A stretch of DNA of 64,000 nucleotides from Eledone cirrhosa (lineage: Eukaryota): the NCBI GenBank assembly GCA_964016885.1, contig OZ024742.1, forward strand, positions 222,704,001 through 222,768,000. Direction: 5' to 3'. This document shows positions 22,956 to 37,649 of the stretch, one piece after another (the first letter of the stretch is position 1; each line of letters begins with the position of its first letter). Both the position numbers and the translations under genes were made by a program. The notes beneath the pieces were generated by a model. The model saw only the letters and a program-made list of their open reading frames with translations. It was not told the origin of the DNA and searched no databases.

Positions 22956-25900
22956 AATTCCCTCCTCCATCGATTTACAATCGAACAATTGTTTATTAAG
23001 AAATACTTTAGGGATAAATCATTGTTAACAATTATCGATGTAAATTTAAGATATAAATAACGATCGCTGATTGAAATGTAGTAAAATGTTGCATCAGGTT
23101 AAGTTTATTATTGTAGGCAGTGAAAATGTGTCAGTGACCAGGTCGCAAACAGTGTGACGAACATTTTGACACTAGCAATTCAATAAATGTAATGGGAAGT
23201 TAAGTTTTTGTATGGCTAAATTTACACTACCATGCAATGATTTTAGTTTCAACACGGGTCTTAGGTCAAGTTACTTGCTAAACAAGTACAACTCCGAAAC
23301 CATAAGGATTACTCACAGTTACCTATACAAATATTATTATAAAATATAAATAACACTTGCTGATAGTAATCTAGTAAAATGTTACATCAGATGAAGTTTA
23401 TTGTACGCAGCAACAATATTACTCATATAGCAACGTATAGTTTTTATGTAAAAAGAACGAAGAAGCCAAAAGCATTTATAAGAACTTTTCATTTTGACAA
23501 TGTCATTTATTAAAGAAAGATGTTAACATATCCGGTTAGGGTTTTGCAACGAAATGTCAAATTCTTTTACTGTTTAGAAAGTTAACTGGAAATATATTTA
23601 TTGAATTTAGCTGTTCAATATTATACCAATCAAACATCAAAAGTTTTTATTAAACAATATAGTTTAATATAATAAAAGTTTGTAATATACAGATAATCAA
23701 CAAAGCAAAACAATATAAATTAGACACTCCCTCAAATACACATTATATCAAGAAACATTTTGTGGTAACCCAAAACACGCGGCATTAGTGCAGATGATAC
23801 CGTAGTTGTGGTACTGGAACAGACAAGTACCCTCCTTACATCACCAGCCTCCAACGATGAAAGCAAAGTTGGTTGTCAACGGCCCAGCTCCCATGCACGT
23901 TACGGTTCGAAGAAGAAAATACAACATTCCTTAGTGAAGATGGCTCATTTGTTCACTTGGAATAGAATATAATGAAAATAAAGGTCTGTGCATAAAAGAG
24001 AATACTGATCTTTATACAGAAAGAATCTAAAGTAAGTTGTTTTAAAACTTTCAACATTTAAAGACAATATCTGATGAATAGAATGATAATCATTTGTTAA
24101 TTATTAAATGCTGTTCCTTAAATATGAATCAATCTGTCGAGTTCTTCAGATATCCATGGATGCAAATCCTTCGACAGATCTTCGGTGTTATATGTTGGAG
24201 TCACCAAATGTTCTGGATCTTACGACATACATCAGGGCCTTATTATTTAAAAGGCTAACAGACATATTTATATGCCTTACAGACATCACTGGAATGAGGG
24301 CTACGTCATTTTTCTATTTTCTTTGCTGGGGTAGTATTTACTGTTGCTAGTAGGGGTGAAGTGCCAGAAAGGCCCCGAAATATCTGAAAGCCTAGGGACC
24401 CAGTTATGGGTTAATATGGTCAACCAAGTGGCCCAACAAGTGACATATTACTGACCCCTTACAGGTCATTTCTCTTTTGCTAAAACCCCAGGATGGCCTC
24501 ACTGTTGCTTCCACATTGTTTTTGAACCACTGAACGTAGCTTCTTAAATAACAATCAAGGTTTGTTATGTTATTTGCTCACAAAAATTATTGTTTGTTTT
24601 TTTTTAAACTAAAATATACATGTGGTTAATAAGCTCGCTTTGCAGTCACGTAGTTGTCATCCCGATCTCAGAGCACCAACACTTTAGGCAAGCGTTTTTT
24701 ATTTTTCGTTTTTTTTTTTTTTTAAACCTAATTTCAAGTTTACTTGTATTTTGTGAATTAAATTGAATAGACGCCGTGCAGAAGCCCATTTGATAGATTG
24801 TGCCAGCCTTGGGGTAGTGAACTTCGATGTCATTAAGTTTAATAAACCCATTACCTAAATCGTTGGATATCTAGCTGATCCAGTCCACGTTGCAGCATTT
24901 GAACTAGATCTTTTTCATTGCAGATAATCCACCTGTCCAGGACCATATTATACATGAGGGCAAGGGCCTTCCAGAGACTGCTATAGAGGGTTAAAGATTG
25001 AAGTACTAGAGTAGGTTCAAAATACCTGAAAAACTAGGGTCACGGTTATGAGTTATGGTCTCTTTCGTCTCCATCTCATTGTGTTGTAAGTTCAAATCTA
25101 GCTGGTCTACTTGGGTTGTAGACTTAATCCATTGACTGGTCTAACACCACCATCTGGTCCTTAGGTAACTTTAGTGATGTCCACTCCATTGCAAGCATTT
25201 GGGCCAAGTCTCCAGGTAGAGAATATATTCCTTCTTCTCTCCCATCAGTCTTTAGGCCCCTGAAAAGGGCCATGAGCACTGCCCTTCTCTCTCTGATTAA
25301 ATTGTAAAAGGAGGTCTCAGAGGCTCTTTAAAAATGATAGATCCCATTTATCTAAAAACCTTCTTTGTTTTGTTTTTTCGTCAAATTTGCATTATTGTTT
25401 CCCAAAATTCATATAATCCTCTCATTTATATTTCTTCTACACATCTGTTACTGGTGCCATGGCGAAGTTCCTCCTCCAGCTCACCCTGTCCAGCATTGCT
25501 GTCTGAAGTTTGCTTTGCCATTTATATTTATACAGGGGAAAATATAAGCCATCAATTTTCTTTGACAACAAAACTTCTGTAATTTGGCTTTCTGTCTTGC
25601 TGGCTGGGATAACAGACATTAAATGATATTATTTCTTATGTATCTGGTTTAGAATAGGTATACCATATCATTGTGTGTCATAAGAAGTGACTAAAGGGTT
25701 GGTGCCAGGTAGGGCATCTGGCTGTAAAGCATTGCCTCAAAAAGTCCTATCTAACCTATGCCAGCGTGGAAAAGCCAATGTAAAAGTGATATGACTGTTG
25801 GTTTCAGTGTTCAGCTGTTTGATCAACTGGGCGTCTGACTAGGTTGGACAGGATGGTTTGAGATAATGTTTTACAGTCGGGTGCCCTTCTTGACACCAAC

Positions 25901-26169
25901 CCTTCTAGTTGCCTCTCCTGACATGCAGAGATATGGTGTACCTGTTCTCCATATTTGTTCTCCATGTTGTAAGAAGCAACTAAAAAGAATGGCATTCAAC
26001 TGTAAACTCTTGTTTCAATAGATACTGTCCAACTCTTGTACTTTTTGATAATATTTACTGACAGACTATAGTTAGTATAGTTGTTAGAATGTTATTACAG
26101 CCCACACCAGTGTAGATTTAGCTGTCTCCCTATAAAGTTGCATCTCATAGGTTTATATTTTTTTTTATT

Positions 26170-26995
26170 TGATAGGTTTAGAGGAAGAGGCAGTGCCTAT
26201 GGCCTTCACAGGCCTTGTGTGGCCAAAGAGATTATCATCATCAATGCTGTTAACATTTTGCTTAAACTGTTGCAGGTCCACTCTTTTTGGAAAAACACAA
26301 GCAGGGAGGAAGTTCTTGAAAGCTGGTCTTGTGGGCAGGAAGGACTGAGTGCAGTGATTAGTGTAGAGCCTGGGCTGAACAAAATATGCACAATGACTGA
26401 AGGAGGGACATGTGAGACTAGCAAATTCAGAGGAGTAGAGACCATTGTAGTAATGGTAGAAAAGGCAAAGGGAAGAGATGTCTGTGGGCCTGAGGCTGGA
26501 GCGTAAGTGGCATCAGTTCAACAAGCGCTGAAGAGCAAACACCATTGTATTAGGGATTAGGTGTTTTTTAGCCACGAACTAACAGCAAACCTTTCATTGC
26601 AGTAATCAGGGAATCACATGCATACAACAATGAAATAACACCACCCCTGTAGCAAATTGATCTGCCACTTATTGGAATAGCAAATTATCTATATTTCAAG
26701 TGCTGACGTAGAATGATCAATCAATCATTTTTTGGGACAGGAAGTTCTAATTTCTTAAACATTTTAGAGCAGTATACAAAGCCAACACCCATCTCTCTTC
26801 TTTTGATATACTCTTCCACTGGAGTCTCTGAGAGAGCTGCTATATCTATATTATATTGACTCAGTTCACATGCAATAAGTCCAGTATATCTTTCAGGCCC
26901 ACATTCACTCTTGATACCCAGAAATGTCTGTGCATTCCAACACAAAATATTTGTGTTCCAACCAGATTTGCATATTTTTCTTTGTTTTACAAACA
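26170..26995 (-). mobile_element. RTE LINE endonuclease remnants
   Basis: WNAQT...RYTGLIACELSQYNIDIAALSET at 26820-26945; the rest is more decayed. Confidence 0.6.
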
Positions 26996-27349
26996 CGAAG
27001 TAAACATCTGTCAGTCATGCCAAACTAACTAGACAGAAAAGTCTGGTCATTTTTAGTTTAGCTTTTCTAATGCCTATCCAGTCTCTGGTTGAACAGTGCT
27101 TTGCCTAAATATGGGTGCTCAGAAACTGACACAGCAGTCAAATCCCATCGCTGTCTTGGACTATAAGGGGATGATTTTGTGCCTAACAAGCCACTTACTT
27201 GTAAGATGGTGATTACATTCTCATAATCTATTTGGTCTGTATGGGCCAATATTTCCATCATAGCAGGACTTTGAGAAAAATAAAACAAGTCAGGTAAAGT
27301 TAGTAATACCAGTGCAGAGGCTTTAGGTCCAATAAGGCCTGCATACCAT

Positions 27350-27625
27350 CTCATAAACCCTCTCCATCCTATTAGTATGATCCAGAAACAATACTGCCTA
27401 ATATACCCTCTCTACCATAATGACATGATCCAGTGACAACACCACCTCATGGACCCTTCCTACCATATTGACATGATCCATTGACAACACCACCTCATGA
27501 ACCCTTTCTAACCTATTGACATTATGCAGAGATAACACCATCATGGATCCTCTCTATTGGCATGATCCCAAAACAACACCACTTCATGGACCCTCTCTAC
27601 TCTATTGACATGATCCAAAGACAAG
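27350..27625. repeat. Minisatellite, about 48-bp unit
   Basis: tgacatgatccagtgacaacaccacctcatggacccttcctaccatat, about 5-6 degenerate copies. Confidence 0.85.
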
Positions 27626-29137
27626 TTGTGACAAGATGCCTGGTGTCAATAAAAATTCACAGGATTGGAGTTGTGGGAGTGTCAATCTTCAGCATAAGCT
27701 AAACATCCCCAAAATGGCCAAGACCACACAAAGCACACCGTCATCATTTTATATTTGAATAGAATGCCTAAAGAAAGAATTGCCGAATAGATTTATGGGC
27801 AAAGCCAACTGGCAGGAGACCTGAGCAAGATGGTTGGGCAATATCTATGAGCTTGGTTGATCTCGCTTAAGGATCCAGCCAGATTATTTGAAGATGATTG
27901 CTTCTGATAGAACCCTCTAGAAGGTGTGGCTGAGGACTCAGCCCCATGATATTCCCAGGAGTAAGTGGGAGATAATGGGGAATGAGAAAGAGGAGGAGAA
28001 ATTACATTAACAACAAGCAATTTAAGGCTAATTTCTTTGCTAAAACAGGGTTTAGCTAGGCAGGATCCCATGACAAATTTTGTACCCATCATGGAATACT
28101 TTTTGAGGCAATGTTTTATGACTTGATGCCCCTTCTGGTGCTAGCTCCTTCACTTGCCTCATACAACATGCAGGGATATGGTGTACCTAGTGGACCAAGC
28201 CAGCCTCACTTTCATGCTGTGGCCCCTGAAAAGTAATTTGTTATAATTCTTGGCTTAATGAGGCTCTGTGTATGAAAATATGTTGAACAATAATGATATA
28301 CATGTACACATATAAGTCATAGCTCTTTATCACATATTTGCTGACCATCAAACATGATGTGGCATAACAAGAAAGAAAGAAAGAATTTTAAAACGGATAT
28401 ACAGAGATTTGAACATGGGTTCAGAAAGCAGGAACAAATACCACAAGACATTTTGACTCTGCCAATTCGCCTACTTTATCCTTTGTATGTTTTCTAAATA
28501 AGTTTACTCTGACTGTTTGTAAACAAAGTGAGTGGCTATAACTGACCTTTATTAAGTTAAACATTATACATTAAATCTTAGAAGATTTGAATCTTATCAA
28601 GTGCCAAGCATTGATTTTAAATCTAATATTTTTGTAGTTGGTAAATTGCCAGTCGTGGTTTGTCTGGACTGTGAAATGGTAGACATTTGGACAAGATAAT
28701 GTTTCTTAGTAAATATTTGAGTTGGAGAAGAAATATATTTTATTGGATTTACTGCATAATACTCATTTCTGTTTAACTCTTTTATTACCATATTTCTAAT
28801 GCCTATGATTTTCAAATCATTTTGTAAGTAATTAGGAATTTGGAAGGATTTACTAATACAACTTTTTCATTATTATGTTCGTGTTTAAAACATAACAAAG
28901 GTTCTTATATAAAATTATTATAGAAGGGTCATAGATAAACACTTCAATATTTCTAATGAAAAGCATTTCTTATGTATTTCAAATAATTAGGAAAATAATC
29001 AAGGACTTTTTGGTGGGGAATTTAGTAATATGATATCCTACCCTTGCTAGCGTTGTCTGGAAAAGAACTTAAGAAAGGCTCTTGCATAAAATTATGATGG
29101 AAAGTTTTTAGATAAATATGAACACTTTAATCCTTTT

Positions 29138-30240
29138 ATTACCTTGCTCAGTATGTAGGAAAGGTGTAGGTAGGAACTCCATTCTTTGCCCCAAATGCAA
29201 ACAATGGGTACACAAGAGATGTAGCGGGATCTCAGGAAGCTTAATTAAGAATGTAGGATTCACATGCAGCAGCTGTGCTGAAACAGCAAGCAAACAGCCA
29301 CAGGAAACAAGTACCACCAATCTCTGGGAGGGCCCTGTAGAAACAGTAGACAGCTTCTGCTACCTAGGTGACCGAATTAGCAACGGAGGTGGGTGCTCAG
29401 AAAGTACAATAACTAGGGTAAGAACGGGATGGAAGAAGTTTAGGGAACTACTACCACTGCTAGCTGCAAAAGGCTTCTCCCTCAGAATGAAAGGCAGACT
29501 GTATGATGCGTGTATCCGAACAGCGATGTTGCATGGTAGTGAGACCTGGGCGCTGAAGGTGGAAGACTTACGTAGATTAGAGAGAAACGAAGCCTGCATG
29601 CTCCGATGGATGTGTAACAGTAATATACGTGAACGACAAAGCATAAATGAATTGAGAGAGAGACTGAGCATAAGAGGAATCAAATGCTGCGTGCAGGAGA
29701 GGCGGTTACGCTGGTATGGACATGTGATGCGTATGAAGGATGACAGCTGCATAAAAAGGTGCAGAGCACTAGAAGTTGATGGAAACCGCGGAGTGGGGAG
29801 ACCCAAGATGACTTGGGATGAGGTGATAAAAGCCGACCTTACCCAACTACACCTCTCAAAGTCAATGACACACGACCGTGACTTCTGGCGTCACGCAGTA
29901 ATACAGGGTACCCGACCTCCCATGGGTACATGCTGAAGCATATAAACAATATGCCCCCCCCCCCCCCACCGCAAGGTGGTCGTGGAGGTGCCACGGCAAA
30001 AAAGCACCCAGCCCACACTGTAAAGTGGACGTGTAGGCGCCACGAAAAAGCACCCAGCACTCACTGTAAATGAGGTTGGTGTTAGGAAGGGCATCCAGCT
30101 GTAGAAATCAAGCCAGATCAGTTCCTGTATGAGCAAGGCATGGTCAGCCGACCAGACACTGCCCACAACAGGACAACCCGTCTAACCCATGCTAGCGTGG
30201 AAGAACGGACGTAAAACGGTGATGATGATGATGATGATGA
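29138..30240 (+). mobile_element. Relatively young 5'-truncated RTE-X-like LINE with (GAT)n tail
   Basis: Uninterrupted frame PCSVCRKGVGRNSILCPKCKQWVHKRC...FCYLG...MLHGSETW...RLRWYGHVMRM...GRPKMTW; CpGs retained. Decayed copies at about 715-900, 15480-15880, 31200-31800 and 60480-61020. Confidence 0.9.
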
Positions 30241-30699
30241 TTACCATATTTCTAATTTTCAAATATAAAAAAAAAAAATAATCAATGGTTTGCAAGATTT
30301 AAAAATAATAATAATGAAATTATTGTGTACAGTGCTCAGGTGCACTACAACCCATCAAAGGTGCATGTATAGTACATAGAATAATGTGCAGCAATATAAC
30401 TAACTTTCTTATTACTTATCTAATGTTTGGAGTATAACTTAACAAATGTTCTTACATAAAATTATGATGGTTTTTAGAATAAGTACGCCATACCGCTGTG
30501 TGTCCTAAGAGGCAACCAAATGGGTTGGCATCAGGAAGGGCAACCCCTGCTAGCATGGAAAAGTAGTCGTAAAAATGATGACACTTTAAAACAAACAGTT
30601 TTGAATGATAAAATCATGGGTGGTTTCAGGTGGTTTGCTATAAAATATGTTAAAATTTACTTACTTTTTACAATTTGAATCATAAGAGAAACTTTTTTA

Positions 30700-30990
30700 C
30701 ACCTTCACTCAGTGATGAAGCTACTTTCACTCTGTTGTGAAGCCACATTCAATCAGTGATGTAACCTTCACTCCCTGATGTAGCTAACTTCACTCAGTGA
30801 TATAGCTACCTTCATTCAGTAATGTAGCCGGTTTCACTTGATGATGCAGCCACCTTCATTCCGTCATGAAGACACTTTTACAGTGATATAGCTACCTTCA
30901 CTCAGTGATGTAAACACCTTCACTCAATTATGAAGCCATTTTCACACTGATGTAGACATCTTCACTCAGTGATGTAGTCACCTTCACTCA
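30700..30990. repeat. Minisatellite, about 22-bp unit
   Basis: Repeats of ccttcactcagtgatgtagcta. Confidence 0.85.
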
Positions 30991-33869
30991 ATAGTTTGTT
31001 GTTTTTGTTTTTCTATCAGGATAAATATAAGAGATGTTATTTAACTGAAGTAAAGTGACCTCAATGTGAGTATTGTACTGAGGTGAGTATAAAAGTGACC
31101 ACCATATTCTAAGCATTGTGCTGAGGTCAGTACACAAGTGACCGCCAAGTTGTGAGTATTGTATGTATATTAAGAGTGTCAGTGATATCAACCTTTTCTA
31201 ATCTCTGGAAGGATCCATAGAATGATTGACAGCTTCTGCTACATAGGTGATCTAATTATCAGTGGAAGAGGTTGCTCTGAGTGCAAAGTCGCTAGAATAA
31301 GGACAGGATGGAAGAAGTTTAAGAAGCTACTACCTCTGCTGACAATGAAAAGTTTCTTTCTATGAATGAATGGCTAGCTTTATGACACCTGTGTGTGGGG
31401 CTGAATGGTAGTGAGACATGGGCAGTGAATGCAGAGGATTTGCAAAGACTGAAGAGAAATAAAGCAAGCATGCTTTGATGGATTTGCAATATTAATGTTC
31501 ATGAATGACAAAGCATGGATGAACTGAGAGAAAAACTGGGTATAAGAAGTAATGTGCAAGAAAGAAGACTGCACTGGTATGGACATGTGATGGGTATGGA
31601 TGATGATCACTGGTGAAGAAGTGCCAGGAAATATCAGCAGAAGCAAGTCATTGTAAAAGAAGATCTGCATGGTGAGAGGTGATTTCAAATCACTAAAGCT
31701 CACAGAGATGATGAAGGAACACAATGGAGAGATGCTGTACTGAAAAAAGACCCATCCAGCCTGTGCATGCATGGAAAAGTAGATGTAAAATTATGATAAT
31801 AATGAAGATGATTGCCTGAAATCACCCCTGGTTCTACAACACAAAGTTATGTAAGAACCTGTAAGTTATGCTTCAAATACAAGCATAATAACAAAAAGTT
31901 AGTTATATTACTAAATCCCTTCAAATTTTTGGTTATTTTCCAAAGTATTTGAAAATCGTAGGTAGTAACTTATATTAGAAATATGCCAATGTAAAGGTTA
32001 ATGTAATTCTCAGGGGAATTCAGCATGACACAGTGTGCGATAAGGCTGACTCTTTGAATTACAAGTAGTATGTCTTGTATTATGTTGTAAATGGCTAAGC
32101 ATTCCTTAGATACATGTTCCCTTAATGTAATTCTCAAGGAGATTCAGTGTAACACAGTGTAACAAAGTTGGTACTGTCCATCTGATGAGGTTCTTGCCCA
32201 GTTTACATTTTCCCAATCTTATTCACAGAGCTTGGATCAACCTGAGGCTATGGTCAAAGACAGCCTGTACAGTAGGCTTAAACCTAGAATTTGTGATTAG
32301 AAACTAAACTTCATCACTGCACATTCATAGGTAGATTCAAAAACTATAGGAACAGAAATCCAATGTGTAGTATGTGTAATTTAAGCTGTGTGGATCTTTT
32401 TTAAAATAGGTTTACCATATCACTGAATGTCATAAAAGGCAATTAAAGGGGTTAGCACCTGGAAAGGCATCCAGCTATAAAACATTGTTTCAAAAATGAC
32501 CCTATGATGAGTATAAAGCTTGTCATGGGGCCTGCAAGGCTAACCCCTGCATTAGCTGGGAAAATAACTTTAAAACACTTAATGTTATCATATATAATAC
32601 CATATATTTTAAATATATAATAGTAATATTTTTTGGTATATTTTGAATATAAAATTAATATCCTAAAATCTGTAATCCCTGTGTGATGAGTATGATTAAG
32701 CCTCTCATGGGGTATGCATGATTGGCCCCTACATTAGTAGGGAAAATAGGCTTAACTATTTAGATACCAAATCTTTGTTAAGTTAAGTTACAAACACCAG
32801 CTTAATAATAAGACAGTTATATTACAAAATCTCTCTAAATTCTTGATTATTTTCAAAACTGTTTGAAAATCATGGCCAGTATCTTTCATTAAAAATATGG
32901 TAACTAAAAGGTTAGTGTTTATATTCATCTAAAAAACTTCCACCATAATTTTTTTATAAGAACCTTTGTTATGTTCCAAACACTAGCTTAATGAAAAAGT
33001 TTGTTATATAACTAAATCCCTCAAAATTCTTGATTATTTTCAAAACTGAAAATCATAAGCAGTGTCTTTCATGAAAAATATGGTAAGAGAAGGGGTAAAA
33101 ATCTAATTCTTAAATTTATTCTTTGTATGTACTTGAAAATCAACCATAATAATATGCTATGTGTGTTTGTTTATATATATATACCCGTCTATAACTCATT
33201 CCAATTTACACATGTACACACAATGCATTTCCTATCTCAATCATAATGCTAGAATAAGTTTTCTTTCCAATCATTTAGTGCAAATCACGCTTAAGAACTG
33301 ATATTTTCTTAATTCCCTATTCGTTTATTCAAAGGGAGATAACTTTTTCTTTTCAACCACAGTTTAATACCCTCTACCGACTTCCCCATAACTTTCTTAA
33401 TGTATTTTTTAATGAAATTTTTGCTGAGATACATTTACCACGAGGTACATTAGAATTATGTTGATAAAATGTGTTAAAAAGTTAATTAAAAGTAATCCTT
33501 TATAAAACTTTGGGAAAGTTTGAAATGTAGTCGTCCCAACGTAAATGCCTATAATAACAATGATTGTTTGTACTTTAGGCACAAATCCAGTAATTTTTGG
33601 GGAGGGGAAAGTCGATTAAATTGACACCAGTGCATTACTGGTACTTTATTTTATTGAGCCCATAAGGATAAAAGGCAAAACTAGCTAGGGATTTGAACTC
33701 AACGTAAAGAGCCATAACTCTATGCTACAAAGCATGGTGTCCAATGCTTTACCGATTCTGCCAATCCCTATAATAATGATAATAATCTCTAATTTAGACA
33801 CAAGGCCAGCAATTTGAATGTCGATTTTCACAACTTCAGTATGTGACTGGCATGATTACTGAATTGAAA

Positions 33870-34270
33870 ATAATGAGTTTAGCTTTTACATCTACCTCAT
33901 TTCTTCTGATTACTGAATGTTAAAGCTGGCACATTACTGCTCCAGCTCCTACAATTATTTCACTTAATTCAGCCACCTGCCTTCCATCACTTATGAACGC
34001 ATCCCCGAGATACTTGAACTTCTCCACCTGCTTTGGTGGTGCTCCATTCACATGTAGAGTGCACTGCGCAGGTTTCCTTGAGAGGATGAGTGTCTCAATT
34101 TTCTCAGCACTGATTTTTATTCTAACCATGCAATACTCGGCATCAAATTTATCAAGTGCAAGTCGGAGATCATCTTCTGTTGAGTTAAGTAACACCATGT
34201 TGCTTGCAAATTCCAACCGACTGATTTTACATCTGCCAGTCGTGATACCACTTCCAACCTGGCTGTACAT
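33870..34270 (-). mobile_element. RTE LINE RT fragment
   Basis: KISRLEFASNMVLL...VEKFKYLG; same family as 9350-10150. Confidence 0.8.
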
Positions 34271-34319
34271 GAAAATAATTGTTTCTACTTTGGGCACGAG
34301 GCCATAATGAAAATAAGGA

Positions 34320-34892
34320 TTAGGAGAGGTGACAGTACACAGAAGACGTGACATCCACCAAGCAGAAACCTTTGTCATGCCAGGATCATTGTGCAGAATA
34401 TTTTCAGCTCTCTCGCGAGATATGCTAATATCATTGGCTATTTATTTTATAGTCAATCACTTGTCATTCATCACTATGTGGTGAATATGATCACTGTTTT
34501 CCACAGTGGTGGCAGTTGCAAGACATTCAGACCTTGGGTCATCTTCAAGACTCTCCCCTTCCTCTCCTAAATTCAGCTGCCCACTTTTGCACTGTTGATT
34601 AAGCTGGAGCATCATCCCCTAATGTAGCAACCATGTCAGCATGAATGTCCTTGGGGGCTAAACCCTTTTTCTGCAGGTACTTGATAATACCATGATGCCA
34701 AATTTTGTCCATTTTCAAGAGCATTCGCTACCAATCACTTTTGAAGTCTTCTTGGAACAGTCAGGTGTCAATTTACCTGGAAAGAAATAATGCAGCTATC
34801 AATAAAAAGAGTTGAAATTAATGCATGCAAGATTTCACAGCTCTAGCATCGCTCCTTTATAGACTGCCTATGAACATTTTAGCCAACCCTTA
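34320..34892 (-). mobile_element. Mariner transposon 5' half (putative TIR plus decayed transposase)
   Basis: ATG at 34712: MDKIWHHGIIKYLQKKGLAPKDIHADMVATLGDDAPA*STVQKWAAEFRRG...EDDPRS...MTKVSAWWMSRLL (from WVPRLL). Terminus abuts TA. Confidence 0.85.
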
Positions 34893-35351
34893 TATATATT
34901 TTTATATATATTCATCATCATCAAGGGTTGGACGAGTCTTCACAGACCTGTACTGAAGTGAGGCCACTGATCTAGACAGGCTAGGTTTGTATTATACACA
35001 AGGAAGTATTTATTCCTATTTTTGTTTTAACTTCAGAGAGGTAAGTTGTTTTATATCTTGTTTTGCCAAAAATGTATTTCACTATCAATAAAATCATTTT
35101 TTCATTATAATCTGTTGTTTGTTTTGTTTTAAAAAAATATTTGCTATCCTAACTAAAAAAAACTGTTTTCCTGTTGTCTTGTCTCATATGGATCTTCCGA
35201 GTGGCTTGTTTGGGCTATTATGTAGACTGGGGTCAATATCATGCAATTTCACCCGTATGCATGAAATTGCATTTCCCAAGGGTTGGTCAGTGAGGAAGGT
35301 AGATGCTTTTGTTCGTTTGTCTCATGTTCCATTTTTTTGTGTGCTTTCTTG

Positions 35352-35388
<37 letters not shown>

Positions 35389-36199
35389 TAAAATAACAGA
35401 TTAAAGTTTAAGCAAAGAATCGCTGCTTTCACCCTTAACGGGATCTTCTGAAAGATGATATATATATATATATATCATCATCATTTATCATTTATCATCC
35501 ACTTTCTTTGCTAGTAAGGGTTGGACAGGTCTTCACTGACTGAGTCTGTACTAAAGCCGGGCCACTGTTCTCCAAGACAGGTTGGGGATTTGCATTTTGC
35601 TTACATATGGTCCCGCATTCTACCATACATTTTATCGTGGCATCAGTACAAGAGAGGTTGTCATGTCTCTGACATAACTGGAGGGTCCTCCCAACCTTTT
35701 GTTTGGCAAGCTTTCTATGGTTGTATGCCCTTCCTATCACCAACCACTTTACAGTGTGTACTGCGTGCTTTTATTGTGTAGATCACCAACATTAGGGAGG
35801 TTGTTGGACATAGTCTCAACTGAAGAGCCCTCTCTGTTCTGGCGAGGGTTGGTGGGTGATAGGTATGTGTAAGGGGAAGGGGTGGTTGATAGTGTATGGG
35901 GTGAGGGGATGTGATGCAGAAATAGGTAACAGGTAGTAGTGGGGGAGATGCACAAGGAGTAGAGACAGTAGCTGCAATAGTGAGGGTATCTAAGGGCTTC
36001 AGAGGGGCGTGAGTGGAGTGGTGGTGAGGATAGCTGCTGGAGAGTGCTAGTGGAAGGGAGAGGGGACACATGGATGTGTCAAGTCATATTGTATTATTTG
36101 CTTGTGGCTGAGTCTTCATCACCCCAGCATAGTACCAACCCTCTCAATCCTTTGTCATCTTAGTTGTGACACTTAGTTTCTTAAGTTCGCTCTGCTTTA

Positions 36200-37480
36200 C
36201 CTTGTCTTAATTCTTCCAGGGTCTGCTTTTTCTATGGATTCCAGACCCTGGGATTCCTCTGCATTACTACTGCTTCTAAGAGCTATTAATTTTGTCAAAA
36301 TGCTTACAGAGATTAAGGATTTCGAAGTTGATGTCATTTTAAATGCTCGTAAGTCTGTGTTAAATTTTGACAACTTTATTTGGCATAAGAAATCAAATAG
36401 TACCCTTTTCGATGTCATTGTTCTTATTGATCTATTTTTACTTTTCTCTATCAAGGATGAATTCCCTAATGTAGGTTGGGGTCTGTATCATGATGATGGT
36501 CTTTTGACTATGGATAAGTGCGGACCCCAAACTATTGATAGGTTTAGAAAGGAGCTTAACGCATGTTTTAAAGGTTTCAACATTTCCATTTAAGTGGATA
36601 CTAACTTATCTGTGGTGAATTTCCTTGATGTGACACTATGTTGAACGAACTGTACTACTCGTTTAGAAAGTCCAATGATACTTTAAATTACATTAGTAAA
36701 CATTCTAACTATCTAGCCAGCATAACTAAAAACCTGGTCAAAAACGTCTCATTAAGGCTTTCCCGTTTATCAGCTGAGCATATTTTCACCTACCATTCCA
36801 CATATTACAATGAACCTCTGGGTTGGAATGGATTTCTAGATAAGGTAGAATGCACCAAGTACCACTAAGTATGAGCACAAAACTGACAAAAATAGATCTA
36901 GACGCATTATATGGTATAAACCACTATATAATATGGAAGTGGCCATACCAATAGCTAAAGCTTTCCTTACGTTAATTAGGAAGCATTTCCTCTGAACACA
37001 GAAATATGGTTAAAATATCCTATTTCACAACTTCCAACCTCGCACAGAACATCTAGCTGTAGTAATATAAACAATCCTGAACTAGTTCTAGTTGCAATTG
37101 TATTAATAGGGACTTCTGCTTTGTAGTTGGAAAATGCTTATAAAGCAATATAGTTTTTAAGTGTAAGATTGATAGGAAAGTTTACTTACATAGATTTAAC
37201 AGCCAATAGATTTAAACAGCATCTATACATGCACTCTCATTCATTTCGAAAATCCTTTAAGAAGGAATATGACTTACTTTCAGCCTATATCTGGAGTTTA
37301 AAAGGTAATCACATCCGATATTGGTTATACTGGGATATCCTAACTAAAGCTAGATCCTATAACGACAATAATAGACCTTGTTACCTTTGTGCTGCTGAAG
37401 CTCTGGAAATCCTTTACGCCAACAAATGTATTTTAAACCCAAAAAACTGAGGCTATTTCGGCTTGTAAATATAATATGTA
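36200..37480 (+). mobile_element. Decayed Penelope-like element (RT plus GIY-YIG)
   Basis: GLYHDDGL, VNFLDVT, YISKHSNY, then YIDLTANRFK...LSAYIWSLK...CYLCAAE. Confidence 0.85.
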
Positions 37481-37591
37481 TAAAACATTACAACCCAACA
37501 TTATATCCTAATGGATAGTACGGACAATATGCAGATGATACACACCATGATGTGGTAGCTAAGAACAATCAAACTTTATATGCAGTTTCAA

Positions 37592-37594
<3 letters not shown>

Positions 37595-37649
<55 letters not shown>

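Noticed and set aside
25120-25330. 68-codon open frame on the minus strand with an acceptor
   Set aside because: The sequence recurs at about 62840-63000, so it is a dispersed repeat.
35400-35458. Hammerhead-like CAGAAGA...GAAA motif (second copy at about 38965-39030)
   Set aside because: Core has U4A in both copies and there is no recognisable stem III or UH triplet.
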